This document shows positions 1 through 10,742 of a stretch of DNA of 64,000 nucleotides, piece by piece. Source of the DNA: Candidatus Thorarchaeota archaeon (GTDB taxonomy: Archaea; Asgardarchaeota; Thorarchaeia; Thorarchaeales; Thorarchaeaceae); assembly GCA_019057475.1 (NCBI GenBank), contig DXJO01000007.1, forward strand, positions 1-64,000. The letters run 5' to 3'. The notes beneath the pieces are model-generated. The model was not told where the DNA came from. It saw only the letters and a program-made list of their open reading frames with translations, and ran no database searches. Position numbers and translations under genes: made by a program. The number at the start of each line of letters is the position of its first letter. The first letter of the stretch is position 1.

Positions 1-119
1 ATTGAGGTCAAGGCTTGACAACAGGAGGGTTGCGGAGACCCTGCTCAAGGTGGTGATATACAATGCAGAGCGTGCAAACTACTTCTCATGGTCCAACCCA
101 TGAGTTACGCAACAGAGCC
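1..119 (+). mobile_element. 3' end of an IS5-family (IS903-like) element, cut by the window edge
   Basis: Frame 2 reads LRSRLDNRRVAETLLKVVIYNAERANYFSWSNP* (stop 101-103), a typical IS5 transposase C-terminus. It is followed by GCAACAGAGCC (reverse complement GGCTCTGTTGC), which resembles the IS903 terminal repeat. The DNA is similar to the remnant at ~49580. Confidence 0.75.
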
Positions 120-240
120 TGATTTGATGGTGTTTGTGAACCGAGCAGTTTAAGAGTGGCCCAAGCCGAGCCCCTTAGAGAGCCTAGCAATGGCTGGCCA
201 AAGCCCCTTTCCGCAAGAATGACATGGGGATACTTGAAAG

Positions 241-1170
241 ATGTTCGAAACGTTTGACCCTGAAGAATACGAGTACACTACAACCGACCCGTACAGCAAA
301 GGGTTGAGCGAACTTAAGATTAGTCCACATGTAGCAAGATTCATATTGCCCAGAAAGAAAAAGGGACGGTCTTACCAAGCTGTGTTTGATGTTGAATGGT
401 CTGAAGTTGTGTCGTACGAATGTTGCGAAGTCAGCTACTGCAAAGACGACAAGACTTGGCCCCTGGATGAAAAGAGTCCCCAAGGCTATGAAGCAATAGG
501 ACCCGCGGGCATGCTCTTTTTCTACTTAAGATCAGTTCAGGAGGCTTACTTCCAAATCTGGGCTTACATGCCTATTGAGGAAGTAAGCAAAGTTCAGAAT
601 CTCCTAGAAGAGCGTCTCGAAACGCCGCCATTGCCGGGACTAGCTCACCACGGCACTGCCGCGGCAGTCAGGCATGTCGTGAGCCACTGTAAGGTTCTTG
701 AGAAGCACGGGGCTCAGTGGCACGATTGGATTCACAGGGGTCCTTCCACGGAGCCACGGGAGAAGAAATTCAGGGAGAGAGGGCCAGACTATATCTTCTG
801 CAGAGAGGGGATGGCCATCGACTTCTACGGCGCAGGCGAACAACTGGAACAGATGTCTACGTTTTGGCCGTGGCGTGTGATGAAAGCTATTTTCGTGGAT
901 GATGCTGAGATTCTCTATCAATGGTTCGAAGACAGTTACACGTTCAGACAACAAGTATGGGATGACTCGGAACGGCAATCGATTCTAGATGCTGCTGAGA
1001 ATGCACTTGCCACTTACAGGGCCACCGATGACCCCCAAGAACTAGTCCTAATCAGGCCATGGTCATTTCCATCGAGGTTTCATCGGAGTTGGGACAAGTT
1101 AGAGCCCTTCGCGAGTAAGGCCACTAGAAACTCTTTTCCCCCAGTGTTTGACTTTGAAGAAGAGGAATAG
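241..1170 (+). CDS. hypothetical protein
   Basis: 309-aa ORF with protein-like composition; no motif recognised; adjacent to the IS end. Confidence 0.6.
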   Translation: MFETFDPEEYEYTTTDPYSKGLSELKISPHVARFILPRKKKGRSYQAVFDVEWSEVVSYECCEVSYCKDDKTWPLDEKSPQGYEAIGPAGMLFFYLRSVQEAYFQIWAYMPIEEVSKVQNLLEERLETPPLPGLAHHGTAAAVRHVVSHCKVLEKHGAQWHDWIHRGPSTEPREKKFRERGPDYIFCREGMAIDFYGAGEQLEQMSTFWPWRVMKAIFVDDAEILYQWFEDSYTFRQQVWDDSERQSILDAAENALATYRATDDPQELVLIRPWSFPSRFHRSWDKLEPFASKATRNSFPPVFDFEEEE

Positions 1171-1249
1171 AGCGGAACTCTCGGTCCATGAAATCTGAAT
1201 AAAGAGAATGATGCAGAGCTGCTCATTTATATCTGTTAAGCTGAATCAC

Positions 1250-1286
1250 TAAAAGAAAAGAGAGGAAGAGAGCGTTTGCTCTCTTC
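1250..1286 (-). terminator. hairpin plus U-rich tract downstream of the permease
   Basis: Perfect 9-bp stem GAAGAGAGC-gttt-GCTCTCTTC (1265-1286), followed on the minus strand by CTCTCTTTTCTTTT; lies between convergent genes. Confidence 0.6.
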
Positions 1287-1295
1287 TGCTCAAGT

Positions 1296-2837
1296 TTACT
1301 CTGGTGGAAGCTGTCCGAAGATAGCACCCATATCGATGCCCTTTGCTTTGTTCTTCGCGCCATAGTACATGTACATTAGCTGACCCCAGAAGTACACGAA
1401 CACAGTGAATGCGACCTCATAGGTTAGTCCTGGTACATATGCAATGATGGCCCAGAAGAATACAATGCCGGCGATGAGTCCACCGATACTTATCAGCGGG
1501 ATGCCAAGGATCTTCCATGCCCCACTCCGCTCCCATAACGTAGGCCGGTAGTACGGTAACGCTACGGCAGCTAACGCCATTTGCCACCTGATGAACACAT
1601 ACGTGTATCCGACACCTACGAGCGCGCTAAGCGCAGTGCCGTAAGTTATCTGTAGCCATGTGGCATATGCCGTTGTACCGATGGTGAGTATCAGCCAGAA
1701 GTACAGGGATACGTGCGGGACGTGGTACTTCGGATGTACGCTTGCAAATGATTCGGGACAGAACCGGTCCATTGCCATTGAATGGAACGGCCGTGTGACC
1801 CACAGAGCATTGCTCGGGGCGTCCAATACACTTGCATAGACTGGGCAAAGTATCACAAACCATGAAAGCGGATTGGTGCCGAGGATTACAGCAGCGTAGT
1901 TGCCGAATCCTGGGAACACTGTGCCTGAAAGGTTTGCCTTGTACAAGAAGTCACCCATGCAGCTCTTCAGCGCAAATCCTGACAGCAGGAAGAAGAATGC
2001 AATCCCTGCCCAACCCCCCATGTTGCTCAGAGGAATATTCTTGCTGGGCTGTGAAACCTCACCAGCAACTGGCATAATAAGATACGGCCACATCATACCT
2101 ACAGTAAGGATGAGTGCCGGTCCGATTGCACCTGGGTTGAAAGTGACATAATCCACTGGTGTCGTGACATTGATTGCATCTACTGTCGCGTAGGCTCCAG
2201 AGCCAAAGACTCCATCCCAAATCGCTGGAGTCATCGGAGTCATCAGCATCACTATGTCAGCTGTAAGTAAGGCGAGAATGTTAATTATCCCGCCGATAAT
2301 TATGAACCAGCCCAACCACTTGACACTGAGATAGCTGAATACGAAGCCCACAAGGGTCATTATTGTAGCCCAGATGAACAGATTGATTGGTTCGTTCAGG
2401 GCCACTGCTGCTGCAGTAATCGTAGCGTCACCCGTAGCACTTCCCATTACGAACAGGCCACCAGCAAAGATTTGCACCGCGAAGAAGCTTCCGACTCCCC
2501 TGAATACGGGGTTTGTGATTACGCTTCGCCAACCTTCCATAACACCAAAGATTGGGCTGAGACCTCTTCCGGTGAAGTAGTACGAGGCTCCTGACCTCGG
2601 CATTGAAAGCATAAGACACATGAGAGCAAGTGCTTCAAAGAATACCGTGCCAGCACCTATTGCAAACATTGGCACAAGGTGTGCGCCAGCAAACCACGTC
2701 GAGATCTGTGGTCCAGCAAAGTGGAACCACGGACCAAGCGTGAGGGCTATCGGTAGAAGCAATGCCATTCCTGTGCCTACTTCCTTAACTAGGCCGGAGC
2801 TCTCTCGCACGAATAGGAGTTTATCCTCCTCACTCAT
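1296..2837 (-). CDS. APC-superfamily amino acid/polyamine permease
   Basis: Archaeal APC N-terminal motif LFVRESSGLVKEV, MPRSG motif, AGEV..PSKNIP, about 12 TM segments, C-terminal ..LPPE. Confidence 0.85.
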   Translation of the reverse strand: MSEEDKLLFVRESSGLVKEVGTGMALLLPIALTLGPWFHFAGPQISTWFAGAHLVPMFAIGAGTVFFEALALMCLMLSMPRSGASYYFTGRGLSPIFGVMEGWRSVITNPVFRGVGSFFAVQIFAGGLFVMGSATGDATITAAAVALNEPINLFIWATIMTLVGFVFSYLSVKWLGWFIIIGGIINILALLTADIVMLMTPMTPAIWDGVFGSGAYATVDAINVTTPVDYVTFNPGAIGPALILTVGMMWPYLIMPVAGEVSQPSKNIPLSNMGGWAGIAFFFLLSGFALKSCMGDFLYKANLSGTVFPGFGNYAAVILGTNPLSWFVILCPVYASVLDAPSNALWVTRPFHSMAMDRFCPESFASVHPKYHVPHVSLYFWLILTIGTTAYATWLQITYGTALSALVGVGYTYVFIRWQMALAAVALPYYRPTLWERSGAWKILGIPLISIGGLIAGIVFFWAIIAYVPGLTYEVAFTVFVYFWGQLMYMYYGAKNKAKGIDMGAIFGQLPPE

Positions 2838-3088
2838 TGCGTATTTTCTCCTTTGTTTTCTCTCTCACGGTCGAAAGTACTTCTCCGTGATAACAGAATG
2901 CCAAGGTAAACGCGTATTTAACACTTAAGGCGAAGGTGAAAACTCTGATATTCGCGTGGTTATTGCCCATCAAGACGGCCTCTAGAGGCGCTTTGTGGGG
3001 CGTTTTTTGTAACATAATGTTAAGCGTAAGTTAAACCAGAATGCCTAAACGCATCTAAACTGTCTTCAAGTTTACTTGCCTGAAGCTT

Positions 3089-3874
3089 CTAGTCGGATTC
3101 CGAAAGTTGGTCGAAGAACTCTTCATCCAAAAGAAAGACGTCGACACTTCTAAACCTCACTCCGGTCCTACTCTCAAACAATATGTTAAGAACTATATCG
3201 ATGTCCATAATGTGAACCGGGGGCACTGAGACCTTCACATCATTCACTGCGTAGCCAAGGGCTTCGTTCTTGCCCTCTCTCGACACAATGCCATTACTGA
3301 TGAGCACGCCTTGATTAGCGCTGACAGTTGGCAGTATTCCGCGAATCTCAGAGATTATTTCACGGCCAATGGGCTCATCAAGCGCGCATCTCTTCGCATA
3401 GACTACGACAGGTGAGCGCCCGCCATCATCAAGCCACGAAGTTAACATGACCACCGAGCGTTCATTGCGATGAATCACTTTCGTGTCTTCGTATCGAGCC
3501 CTAATGTTTGCCAGGATAATCTTAGCAAGCTTCTCGAAACCGTCCATATCCAACCTAGCGATAGCTTGGCGCATCTCCCTTCGCGTGGCAAGGTTGAACT
3601 CGTCAGCGCGAGCTCGGACTTCAACAATGAGATCCTCATCAATTGCGCCCTCACATAGGTCATTGTAACGGTAGAGCCCCGGTGCGGTTCTTATGAAATA
3701 CGGCGGCCGATTACCTACTATGGCCTGTCTTCTCTCGATAGATAAAGAAGCAGAAACTGAGCCGGGATCCCGCTGAAGTGCTTTGGCGATTTTCTTGTAA
3801 TGTATGGCTTCCGCACGAGCGTGCTCGGCAAGCCATTCCTTGAGGGTTAGTCTTGATTCACTCGGTTCCGTCAC
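3089..3874 (-). CDS. Mrr-like restriction endonuclease domain protein with N-terminal HTH (HARE-HTH-like)
   Basis: N-terminal IHYKKI...F.RTAPGLY; GFEKL..IL; V.AKR; IG...I.EIRG; GVLISNG..S.EG; terminal D..FF. Confidence 0.7.
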   Translation of the reverse strand: MTEPSESRLTLKEWLAEHARAEAIHYKKIAKALQRDPGSVSASLSIERRQAIVGNRPPYFIRTAPGLYRYNDLCEGAIDEDLIVEVRARADEFNLATRREMRQAIARLDMDGFEKLAKIILANIRARYEDTKVIHRNERSVVMLTSWLDDGGRSPVVVYAKRCALDEPIGREIISEIRGILPTVSANQGVLISNGIVSREGKNEALGYAVNDVKVSVPPVHIMDIDIVLNILFESRTGVRFRSVDVFLLDEEFFDQLSESD

Positions 3875-4022
3875 TTTGCTTAGCCACCAATTCCAACGTC
3901 TGCCAAAGACTGAATTCGAGCCCTTTTTTGACGCGTTCAGTATCTGGCATATTACCTTAAGGTGTTAGTCCCACATCATTAGACTTAATTTAAACTTTAA
4001 CCATGCCACCACAGACCGTCTG

Positions 4023-4322
4023 GTGGATATAATGACCCAAATCTTCGTGAAGCTGATGCACAAGGGGCTGAAATCCCATGAACATGACAAGTTCAGCTTC
4101 GAAACGGCACCGAATTCCACTGTCAGAGACCTAATCAACGAGCTTCATGAGGAGTACGGTGAGAAATTCGAATTGTATCTGGGTGACACAGAAACCAGGA
4201 CGCTGAAGCGTGAGGCTGTGGTCATTGTCAATGGCAAGAATATGGTTGCCCATCGGGGAGAGCAGACGCGCCTGTCAGACGGCGACCTGATAGTATTCAT
4301 GATAGCCGCGGTTGGCGGCTGA
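4023..4322 (+). CDS. MoaD/ThiS-family ubiquitin-like protein (SAMP-like)
   Basis: TVRDLI..L, IVNG, L.DGD.I and a C-terminal AVGG. Confidence 0.9.
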   Translation: MDIMTQIFVKLMHKGLKSHEHDKFSFETAPNSTVRDLINELHEEYGEKFELYLGDTETRTLKREAVVIVNGKNMVAHRGEQTRLSDGDLIVFMIAAVGG

Positions 4323-4351
4323 GGTTATTGCCGCAGCTTCGAAGTTAATTC

Positions 4352-5548
4352 TCAGTCATCAGGAATGTAGTAGGGATCAAGAATCTCTTCATCTACAAGT
4401 CCTGCAGACACGGCCATGAGTTCAGCAACATCTAGGACCCTGATTGCTGCATCAGCCTCGTACGTTGCATGAGTCAGATTCATCTCGCATGCGGGACAGA
4501 TGGTTGCCACTATCTCGGAGCCTGTCGCCAATACGTCAGTAAGGCGCTCACGAGATACTGCCCGAGAATAATCGGGGTACATCAGCTTGACCCCTCCTCC
4601 ACCTCCACAGCAAAATGACTCCGCTTCCTTTCGACTCATCTCTACAAACTCAAGTCCAGGGATTGCATTCAACACCTTTCGAGGGGGCTCGTAGATATCC
4701 CGATACCTGCCAATCTCGCACGGGTCGTGGTATGTTACGCGTTTCTTCACTTTGTGCTTGAGCTTGATCTTCTTCTTCTCAACAATCTCCTCTAGGACCT
4801 CACTTGTGTGGCGCACCTTGATTGGCAACTTCTCGACCCCAAGGATTCGGGGGTATTCTTCGTCAAAGGCTCTGAAACAAGACGGACAGGGTGTGATAAT
4901 CACTTTGACACCGCGATTCTGCATCTTTTTCAGCTGTGCTGAAACCATCTTCTTGGCCTCTGCCATGTTTCCGGTTATCCAGAGAGGAGTTCCACAGCAT
5001 GTTTGCTCATCTCCAAGGAAGTCCAGATCATAACCTGCCGCCTGGAGCAGCTGCACTAAGATTCTCGTCTTCTCTTTGAACCGATGACTGGCAAGACAGC
5101 CTGGATAGAATAGAATGCCTGAGCCTTTCTTAAACTCAAGACCTTCCGCCCATTTTGCATGAAATGCGGGGCTATCACCAAAGATGTTCCCCTTCTCCAT
5201 AGCCAGGGATGCCATCTCATTTCCAGCTTCGGGAATCTTTACGCCATGGTCCACAAAATCAGCACGCATTGCCTTCGTTATTTCTACTATATCAATTTGA
5301 GCGGCTTTCTTGCATTCCTCTTTACACCTGGCACAGAGAAAGCAGCCGAAGATTCTCTCAGCAAGATCCTCAGTATACTCCAGCTTTCCTTCTAGGAGGG
5401 CGCGTGCGATTAGCATTCTGCCACGCGCAGTTGATGACTCCCACTTCTGTGTGAATATCTCAGGACAGCGCTCATTGAAATCAAAGCCGCGACAGAATTC
5501 ACACCTGCCGCACGCATAGATCATCTCTGCGTACTCTTCAATTCTCAT
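4352..5548 (-). CDS. Fe-S oxidoreductase, GlcF/HdrD-like (ferredoxin motifs plus two CCG domains)
   Basis: CxxCxxC...CP twice, TCCG, CPSC, YHDPC, FCCGGGGG, CPAC. Confidence 0.9.
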   Translation of the reverse strand: MRIEEYAEMIYACGRCEFCRGFDFNERCPEIFTQKWESSTARGRMLIARALLEGKLEYTEDLAERIFGCFLCARCKEECKKAAQIDIVEITKAMRADFVDHGVKIPEAGNEMASLAMEKGNIFGDSPAFHAKWAEGLEFKKGSGILFYPGCLASHRFKEKTRILVQLLQAAGYDLDFLGDEQTCCGTPLWITGNMAEAKKMVSAQLKKMQNRGVKVIITPCPSCFRAFDEEYPRILGVEKLPIKVRHTSEVLEEIVEKKKIKLKHKVKKRVTYHDPCEIGRYRDIYEPPRKVLNAIPGLEFVEMSRKEAESFCCGGGGGVKLMYPDYSRAVSRERLTDVLATGSEIVATICPACEMNLTHATYEADAAIRVLDVAELMAVSAGLVDEEILDPYYIPDD

Positions 5549-6927
5549 AGCAGCTCCTCCTTTGGGATGAAGATGCCGCGCTGCAGTATGTTCTTCGGAT
5601 CTACTGCTTTCTTGATTACCTTGAGTAGACGATAGTATCCGGTGTTTCGAGCCTCAACAATCGGCCTGAGTCCCTCTCGCCCGCCAATACCATATGGAAC
5701 AACTGGACCACTGAGTACAAGCTCATTGATCTCATCGGCGAGCTTCATTATCATCTCAGATTCTTCTGGCTCCTTGTAGTTCGTGACCATGAATGCGAGC
5801 CAATCGCGTGGCAGGAAATTCCCTCCAAACCCGGCCTTCGTGTATCCTCGTTTCTCGATAAGTTCCTCTCTCCAAATTTTGTAGATGACCCCAATATCGT
5901 CAATCCGCAGAGACCCTGAGCCAAAGAAGTGCCACACCCCTGTGGCGAATATGTCGGTGAGACCTGTCAGGATTCCATCGAAGTAACCATTCGCAGGTTC
6001 AGAATCGCCGAACACTCCTCCAAGTTCCTTCACCTTCTCAATCACACGCTCTTTTCTGTGCTCAATGATTTCCTTTTCATATCCAAAGACATCCATCATT
6101 AGCAAGAACACATCTGGGGCTGAGGGGTCCACCCAGAGATAGGCGCCCTGAAGGTATTCATCGCCCACATGGCGGTTGATGAAGTGCCCGAACTCTATGA
6201 CCTTGTCAAGGCTGTCCATTGTGGCTAAGAGACGCTCTTTGAAATCTGTTGCAGGTCGGATTCGCAGAGTCAGCTCCGTACAGATACCCAGAATGCCCTC
6301 GGCACCGATAAACAGCCCAGCCAAGTCAGGACCCAGGCACTGTCTCTTGAACTTACCAGCGCTTGGCCAGGCCGCTGAGCCGGTTTCCACAACTTCACCG
6401 TTGGGTAAAACCATCTCAAGTGTGATTATGTCCTGATTACCGTGGAAACCAAACTTTGCTGTGCCATGGGGACCGCCGCCACCCTTCATAACTGACCCAC
6501 CAATCGTCATTGCAGGACCGCCTGCTTCGCTGCAGAGGTAAGTAAGTCCTTGTTTTCTGAGTTCGAAATCCAGTTTCGCCCATGTGCAGTTCGGTTGGAC
6601 TGTGGCTGTTAGATCGCGCTCGTTTATCTCTACTATAGCATTCAGGAAGGATAGGTCAAGCATGATGCCAGGTTCTTGAGCAAGGAATGCATCCCAGTGA
6701 GAAGTCCCACCCCCTCTTATGTAGATGGGCACATCATGCATATTGGCAATCTTCAGGATCCCCTGAATCTCCTCACGACTCTTTGGCATGACAACATGAG
6801 TTGGGAGTTTCTCCTTTGCAGGGCTGAGGTCTCGCCCATAAGGAATCAAGTCAAAATGTTTGTCACTTACACGGTCAGAACCAACAACTTTAACCAAGAG
6901 CTTGGTTATCTTGCCAACATTGGCCAT
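5545..6927 (-). CDS. FAD-linked oxidoreductase (GlcD/VAO-PCMH fold)
   Basis: P..VV.P, RGGGT, TIGGS, LEMVLPNGE, GPDLAGLFIGAEGILG, K..VDPKNIL; 4-nt overlap with the Fe-S gene. Confidence 0.9.
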   Translation of the reverse strand: MANVGKITKLLVKVVGSDRVSDKHFDLIPYGRDLSPAKEKLPTHVVMPKSREEIQGILKIANMHDVPIYIRGGGTSHWDAFLAQEPGIMLDLSFLNAIVEINERDLTATVQPNCTWAKLDFELRKQGLTYLCSEAGGPAMTIGGSVMKGGGGPHGTAKFGFHGNQDIITLEMVLPNGEVVETGSAAWPSAGKFKRQCLGPDLAGLFIGAEGILGICTELTLRIRPATDFKERLLATMDSLDKVIEFGHFINRHVGDEYLQGAYLWVDPSAPDVFLLMMDVFGYEKEIIEHRKERVIEKVKELGGVFGDSEPANGYFDGILTGLTDIFATGVWHFFGSGSLRIDDIGVIYKIWREELIEKRGYTKAGFGGNFLPRDWLAFMVTNYKEPEESEMIMKLADEINELVLSGPVVPYGIGGREGLRPIVEARNTGYYRLLKVIKKAVDPKNILQRGIFIPKEELL

Positions 6928-7076
6928 ATCTTGCCACTTCCTTCGAGCATAATCTGATTGGGTCAGGCTCGCAGCTTGGTGCTCAACGATTACATCCGCA
7001 TTAATTAAACTAACTTAAAGTCAAAAAGGAGCGACGTTCACAGGTCTTTTTAATATAAAAAACGAGTGCAGACAAC

Positions 7077-8210
7077 ATGAAACCCCGCGAACGATTCCAG
7101 AAAGCTATGAACTATGAGGAACCTGACCGAGTGCCAATTGACCTTTGGATAACAGGGGCGGCATATGAGAACCTCAAGAGCCACCTCAGAATCATAGCAC
7201 CTGGGACCCAAGAATGGGGAATTATGAGCAACTGGAAGATCTCTGAGGAGATGCTTCGCAGGCTCCATGTGGATTTCCGACGCGTGTACATGAATCCGTC
7301 GTCAAGTTTTGAGCCAAAGGACCATGGCGACGGCACGATTGACAGCGAATTCGGCTCTCGCTTTGCGTGGTTTGGTCCCTATTTGGAGGTCGTTCACTTC
7401 CCGTGGGCTAAGTTCACCGAGATCGAACAGGTTGAACAATACGAGTGGCTCGACCCTGATGACCCCTCAAGGATGGATGGCGTCGTGGAGCGAGCAAGGT
7501 ATCTTCACGAGGAAACAGACTTTGCAGTTATCGGGATGGTCGGCGGACCTTGGGGTGCGTTCGAAATCTGTGCACACTACATGAGGGGCTTCGACAAGTT
7601 CCTTGTTGATTTGGCCACTCGAAAGGACCTTGCAAAGGCCATGATGGATAAGTCAATGAATCTGGCAATTGAGATGAACAGAGTGCTCCTTGATGAGGCG
7701 GGGGATTACTTGGACCTTGTACTCGTGGGCGATGACCTTGGCCATCAACACGGGCTCATAATGAGTCCCAAAATGTATCGTGACTTGGTCAAACCGAGGC
7801 ACAAGAAAATCTACGGAGACATCCACAAGCGCGCTCCGCATGTCAAGGTGCTCTATCACTCCTGCGGGGCCATAGAGCCGATGATTGATGACCTCATTGA
7901 AGTTGGGGTTGACATTCTAAACCCCCTTCAGCCTCTGGCAAGGGGAATGGAATCAGCACTGCTCAAGAGGAAATACGGTGACCGTATCTGTTTCCATGGA
8001 GGCGTCGACCTGCAAGATGCCATGGCGGCAACTGGCACCTTGGATGATGTGAGAAAGGAAGTTGAAACGAGACTCTCAGCTTTCGCTCCCGGAGGCGGCT
8101 ACATATTCGCGCCGGCACATAACCTACAACCTGACTCGACCCCAGAGAAGATTGTGGAGATGTACGACCATGCAGAGAAGAAGGGAAAATACCCGATTTC
8201 TGCAAACTAG
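7077..8210 (+). CDS. uroporphyrinogen decarboxylase / MtaA-CmuA methyltransferase family protein
   Basis: MKPRERF...EPDRVP, GDDLG.Q.G.IMSP, YHSCG, GGVD, GGGYIFAPAHN. Confidence 0.85.
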   Translation: MKPRERFQKAMNYEEPDRVPIDLWITGAAYENLKSHLRIIAPGTQEWGIMSNWKISEEMLRRLHVDFRRVYMNPSSSFEPKDHGDGTIDSEFGSRFAWFGPYLEVVHFPWAKFTEIEQVEQYEWLDPDDPSRMDGVVERARYLHEETDFAVIGMVGGPWGAFEICAHYMRGFDKFLVDLATRKDLAKAMMDKSMNLAIEMNRVLLDEAGDYLDLVLVGDDLGHQHGLIMSPKMYRDLVKPRHKKIYGDIHKRAPHVKVLYHSCGAIEPMIDDLIEVGVDILNPLQPLARGMESALLKRKYGDRICFHGGVDLQDAMAATGTLDDVRKEVETRLSAFAPGGGYIFAPAHNLQPDSTPEKIVEMYDHAEKKGKYPISAN

Positions 8211-8238
8211 ATGAGGAATAACCATCATTGCTCCGCAT

Positions 8239-8907
8239 CTAGGGTATCGGTCGCTCCTTATGTAGTTCATGAGGATCTTTACCCTCGTCCAGTTTTTTTG
8301 CCCACCAGTCATCAGTGTCTACTATTCCTTCTGCAGCTGCCAGAACTTCATCAACAGAGTCCCGAGACACAACGACCACACCATCACCATCGCCGAAGAT
8401 TAGATCTCCGGGATGAACTGTCACGCCACCGCATAGTATTGGCTCGCCGATACTTTCCATGTCCATGCGTCCACGCATCGTGGCGGGATGGCGACCTCTA
8501 GCGAAGACAACGAAATCCGTTTTGTCAATGGTTTCGATGTCGCGGACAGTGCCGTCTACTACAGCACCACGAATCCCCAGTGGTTGACCTATTTGCGTTA
8601 GCACCTGACCCCAACCAGAACAATCCGTGGCATCGGACATGTTGATCACAATCAAGTCGTTGGTTTTTGCCTTGGTGGCAAGACTCATGAACTGATCCAG
8701 CTGGGTTTCGTCGTACGGGCGATCAACAGGTGACCTCACCAACTTCCCAGGCCGTGCGAATCCAACCATCTTCTGTTTCATGGTCATCGGTTTGATGCCA
8801 CGGTCCATGCAGACACGCCCTATGCCCACTTCATCAGCGCCATCAGACAGAGCTGGCACATAGAGTTTCAAACAACGCCCGATAATCTGGCTTCTCTTAT
8901 TGGTCAT
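8239..8907 (-). CDS. RraA / HMG-aldolase family protein
   Basis: LSDG.D, WGQV, GAVVDGTVRD, GGVTVHPGDLIFGDGDGVVVV. Confidence 0.85.
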   Translation of the reverse strand: MTNKRSQIIGRCLKLYVPALSDGADEVGIGRVCMDRGIKPMTMKQKMVGFARPGKLVRSPVDRPYDETQLDQFMSLATKAKTNDLIVINMSDATDCSGWGQVLTQIGQPLGIRGAVVDGTVRDIETIDKTDFVVFARGRHPATMRGRMDMESIGEPILCGGVTVHPGDLIFGDGDGVVVVSRDSVDEVLAAAEGIVDTDDWWAKKLDEGKDPHELHKERPIP

Positions 8908-8922
8908 GGTTTCACCTTCAAC

Positions 8923-9399
8923 CTACTTCCGCTTTTCATACCTGTAAATGCAGTAATCATCTCCGCGCATCATACACTTGGGCAAAGTCATCGTTGTATT
9001 CGGGTCTACCGCCTGACCGATCCCCACATCGATTTCGCATACCCAATGACATATGTCAGAACCAGCACCCTTTGCCCTGAATGTGTCAATCCAAGGACAA
9101 GAGGTCACTTTCATCTCCAGAACCCTATCTGATGCCTCAAGCAACTCGATGTCAAACCCGAAGTATGGATGCGCTCCATCGAAGAACCCAAAGATGGATG
9201 CCAAGTCTCCCGCTCTGAGACCCCCGTCTTTGATACCTTCTTTCCCCAGATCTATACCGTGCAAGCGGTTGGCTTCTCCGATTACCGCCAAGCCTTCGGC
9301 CCCCATTAATCTGCGGATGGCCTCGATATAGACCACATGCGTGGAGGCTAACGTGGCCATGCTACTTCTTCTGACATCGTCTGCTGATGGACCGGTCAC
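8923..9399 (-). CDS. ATC-hydrolase / V4R-like Cys-containing protein
   Basis: VTSCPW, C..VC..D, CMMRGDDYC pattern. Confidence 0.7.
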   Translation of the reverse strand: MTGPSADDVRRSSMATLASTHVVYIEAIRRLMGAEGLAVIGEANRLHGIDLGKEGIKDGGLRAGDLASIFGFFDGAHPYFGFDIELLEASDRVLEMKVTSCPWIDTFRAKGAGSDICHWVCEIDVGIGQAVDPNTTMTLPKCMMRGDDYCIYRYEKRK

Positions 9400-9535
9400 T
9401 CGTCACACATCCTTGGCTCTTCGATACGGATGAGATTGCAGCGAACATTAAGCACATCCCCATATATCTTAGGCCATCCTTTAGAGGGACGCTTCAAGAG
9501 GTTATTTAAACGGGGAGTTTGCCCACGTCGATTCA

Positions 9536-10708
9536 TTGGTGCCTTTGATGCTTGCAGATAGAAACAAACTGATTCCACAAAGCGAAATCAGAAGGATGTA
9601 CAACATGGCCTTCGGTCGGGAAGACATCCTTGACATGACGGTGGGTCTTCCCGATTTCGAAACCCCCAGTTTCATAATCAAGGCGGCCAAGAAAGCTATG
9701 GATGATGGATTCACCAAGTACACGCACAATGCAGGTCTCCTTGAGGTCCGGGAGGCATTAGCTAGAAAGCTGAAGCGCGAGAACAACATCGTCGCAGATC
9801 CAGAAACCGAGGTTCTCTGTACTGTGGGTGGCATGGGCACACTCGTCCTGACGAACATGGCGCTGGTCAATCCGGGAGACGAGGTGATTTATCCAGACCC
9901 GGGTTTCGTTAGTCATCGATCCCACGTCCTGTTAGCAAGAGGGAAACCTGTCCCAGTGCAGTTGAAGAAGGAAAATGGATTCGGTGTTCGAGCGGAAGAC
10001 ATTGAAGCTTTGATTACCGATAAAACAAAACTGCTAGTTTTGAACCACCCAAACAATCCAACCGGGGGTGTTCTGTCGAGGAAAGAAATGGAGAAAATCG
10101 CTGACCTAGCCATCCAGCATGACCTCTTCGTGCTATCCGATGAAGCCTACGAGAAGTTCCATTACGGAGAAGAGAATCCAGGACTCTTTGGGGCACTTCC
10201 GGGAATGAAGGAGAGGACGATCACTCTCATCTCATTCTCCAAGACCTATGCCATGACAGGATGGAGAATCGGCTTTTCCACGGGTCCTGCAGAAATTATT
10301 CATGCTATGACGATGCTTCAGGAGCATTTCGTTTCTCATCCTACCTCAATCTCGCAAAAGGCGGCGCAGGCCGCAGTAGATGGTCCGCAGGACTGTGTAA
10401 AGAAGATGTATGATACATTCAAAAAGCGGAGGACCATCATCACAAAAGGGCTGCAAAGTATCGAGGGTATAGAGCTAGACCGCCCGGGTGGTGCGTTCTA
10501 CGTGTTTCCTGATATAAGGGCTTACGGATTGAAATCGTTTGATCTCGCCAAGAAACTCCTAGATGACACTGGTGTTGTTACAGTCCACGGATCTGGATTC
10601 GGGCAATATGGAGAAGGTTTCCTCCGTCTATGCTATGCTGTGTCCACAGAACGAATAGAAAATGCTTTGCAGAGATTGGATACCTACCTGCCAAAGCTCC
10701 TCAAATGA
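9536..10708 (+). CDS. class I/II PLP-dependent aminotransferase (AspC-like)
   Basis: G.PDF.TP, NHPNNPTG, SDEAY, SFSKTYAMTGWRIG, GAFY. Confidence 0.95.
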   Translation: MVPLMLADRNKLIPQSEIRRMYNMAFGREDILDMTVGLPDFETPSFIIKAAKKAMDDGFTKYTHNAGLLEVREALARKLKRENNIVADPETEVLCTVGGMGTLVLTNMALVNPGDEVIYPDPGFVSHRSHVLLARGKPVPVQLKKENGFGVRAEDIEALITDKTKLLVLNHPNNPTGGVLSRKEMEKIADLAIQHDLFVLSDEAYEKFHYGEENPGLFGALPGMKERTITLISFSKTYAMTGWRIGFSTGPAEIIHAMTMLQEHFVSHPTSISQKAAQAAVDGPQDCVKKMYDTFKKRRTIITKGLQSIEGIELDRPGGAFYVFPDIRAYGLKSFDLAKKLLDDTGVVTVHGSGFGQYGEGFLRLCYAVSTERIENALQRLDTYLPKLLK

Positions 10709-10742
10709 TTCAGCACCCCTAACAGAAGAATAAAGTGATGCG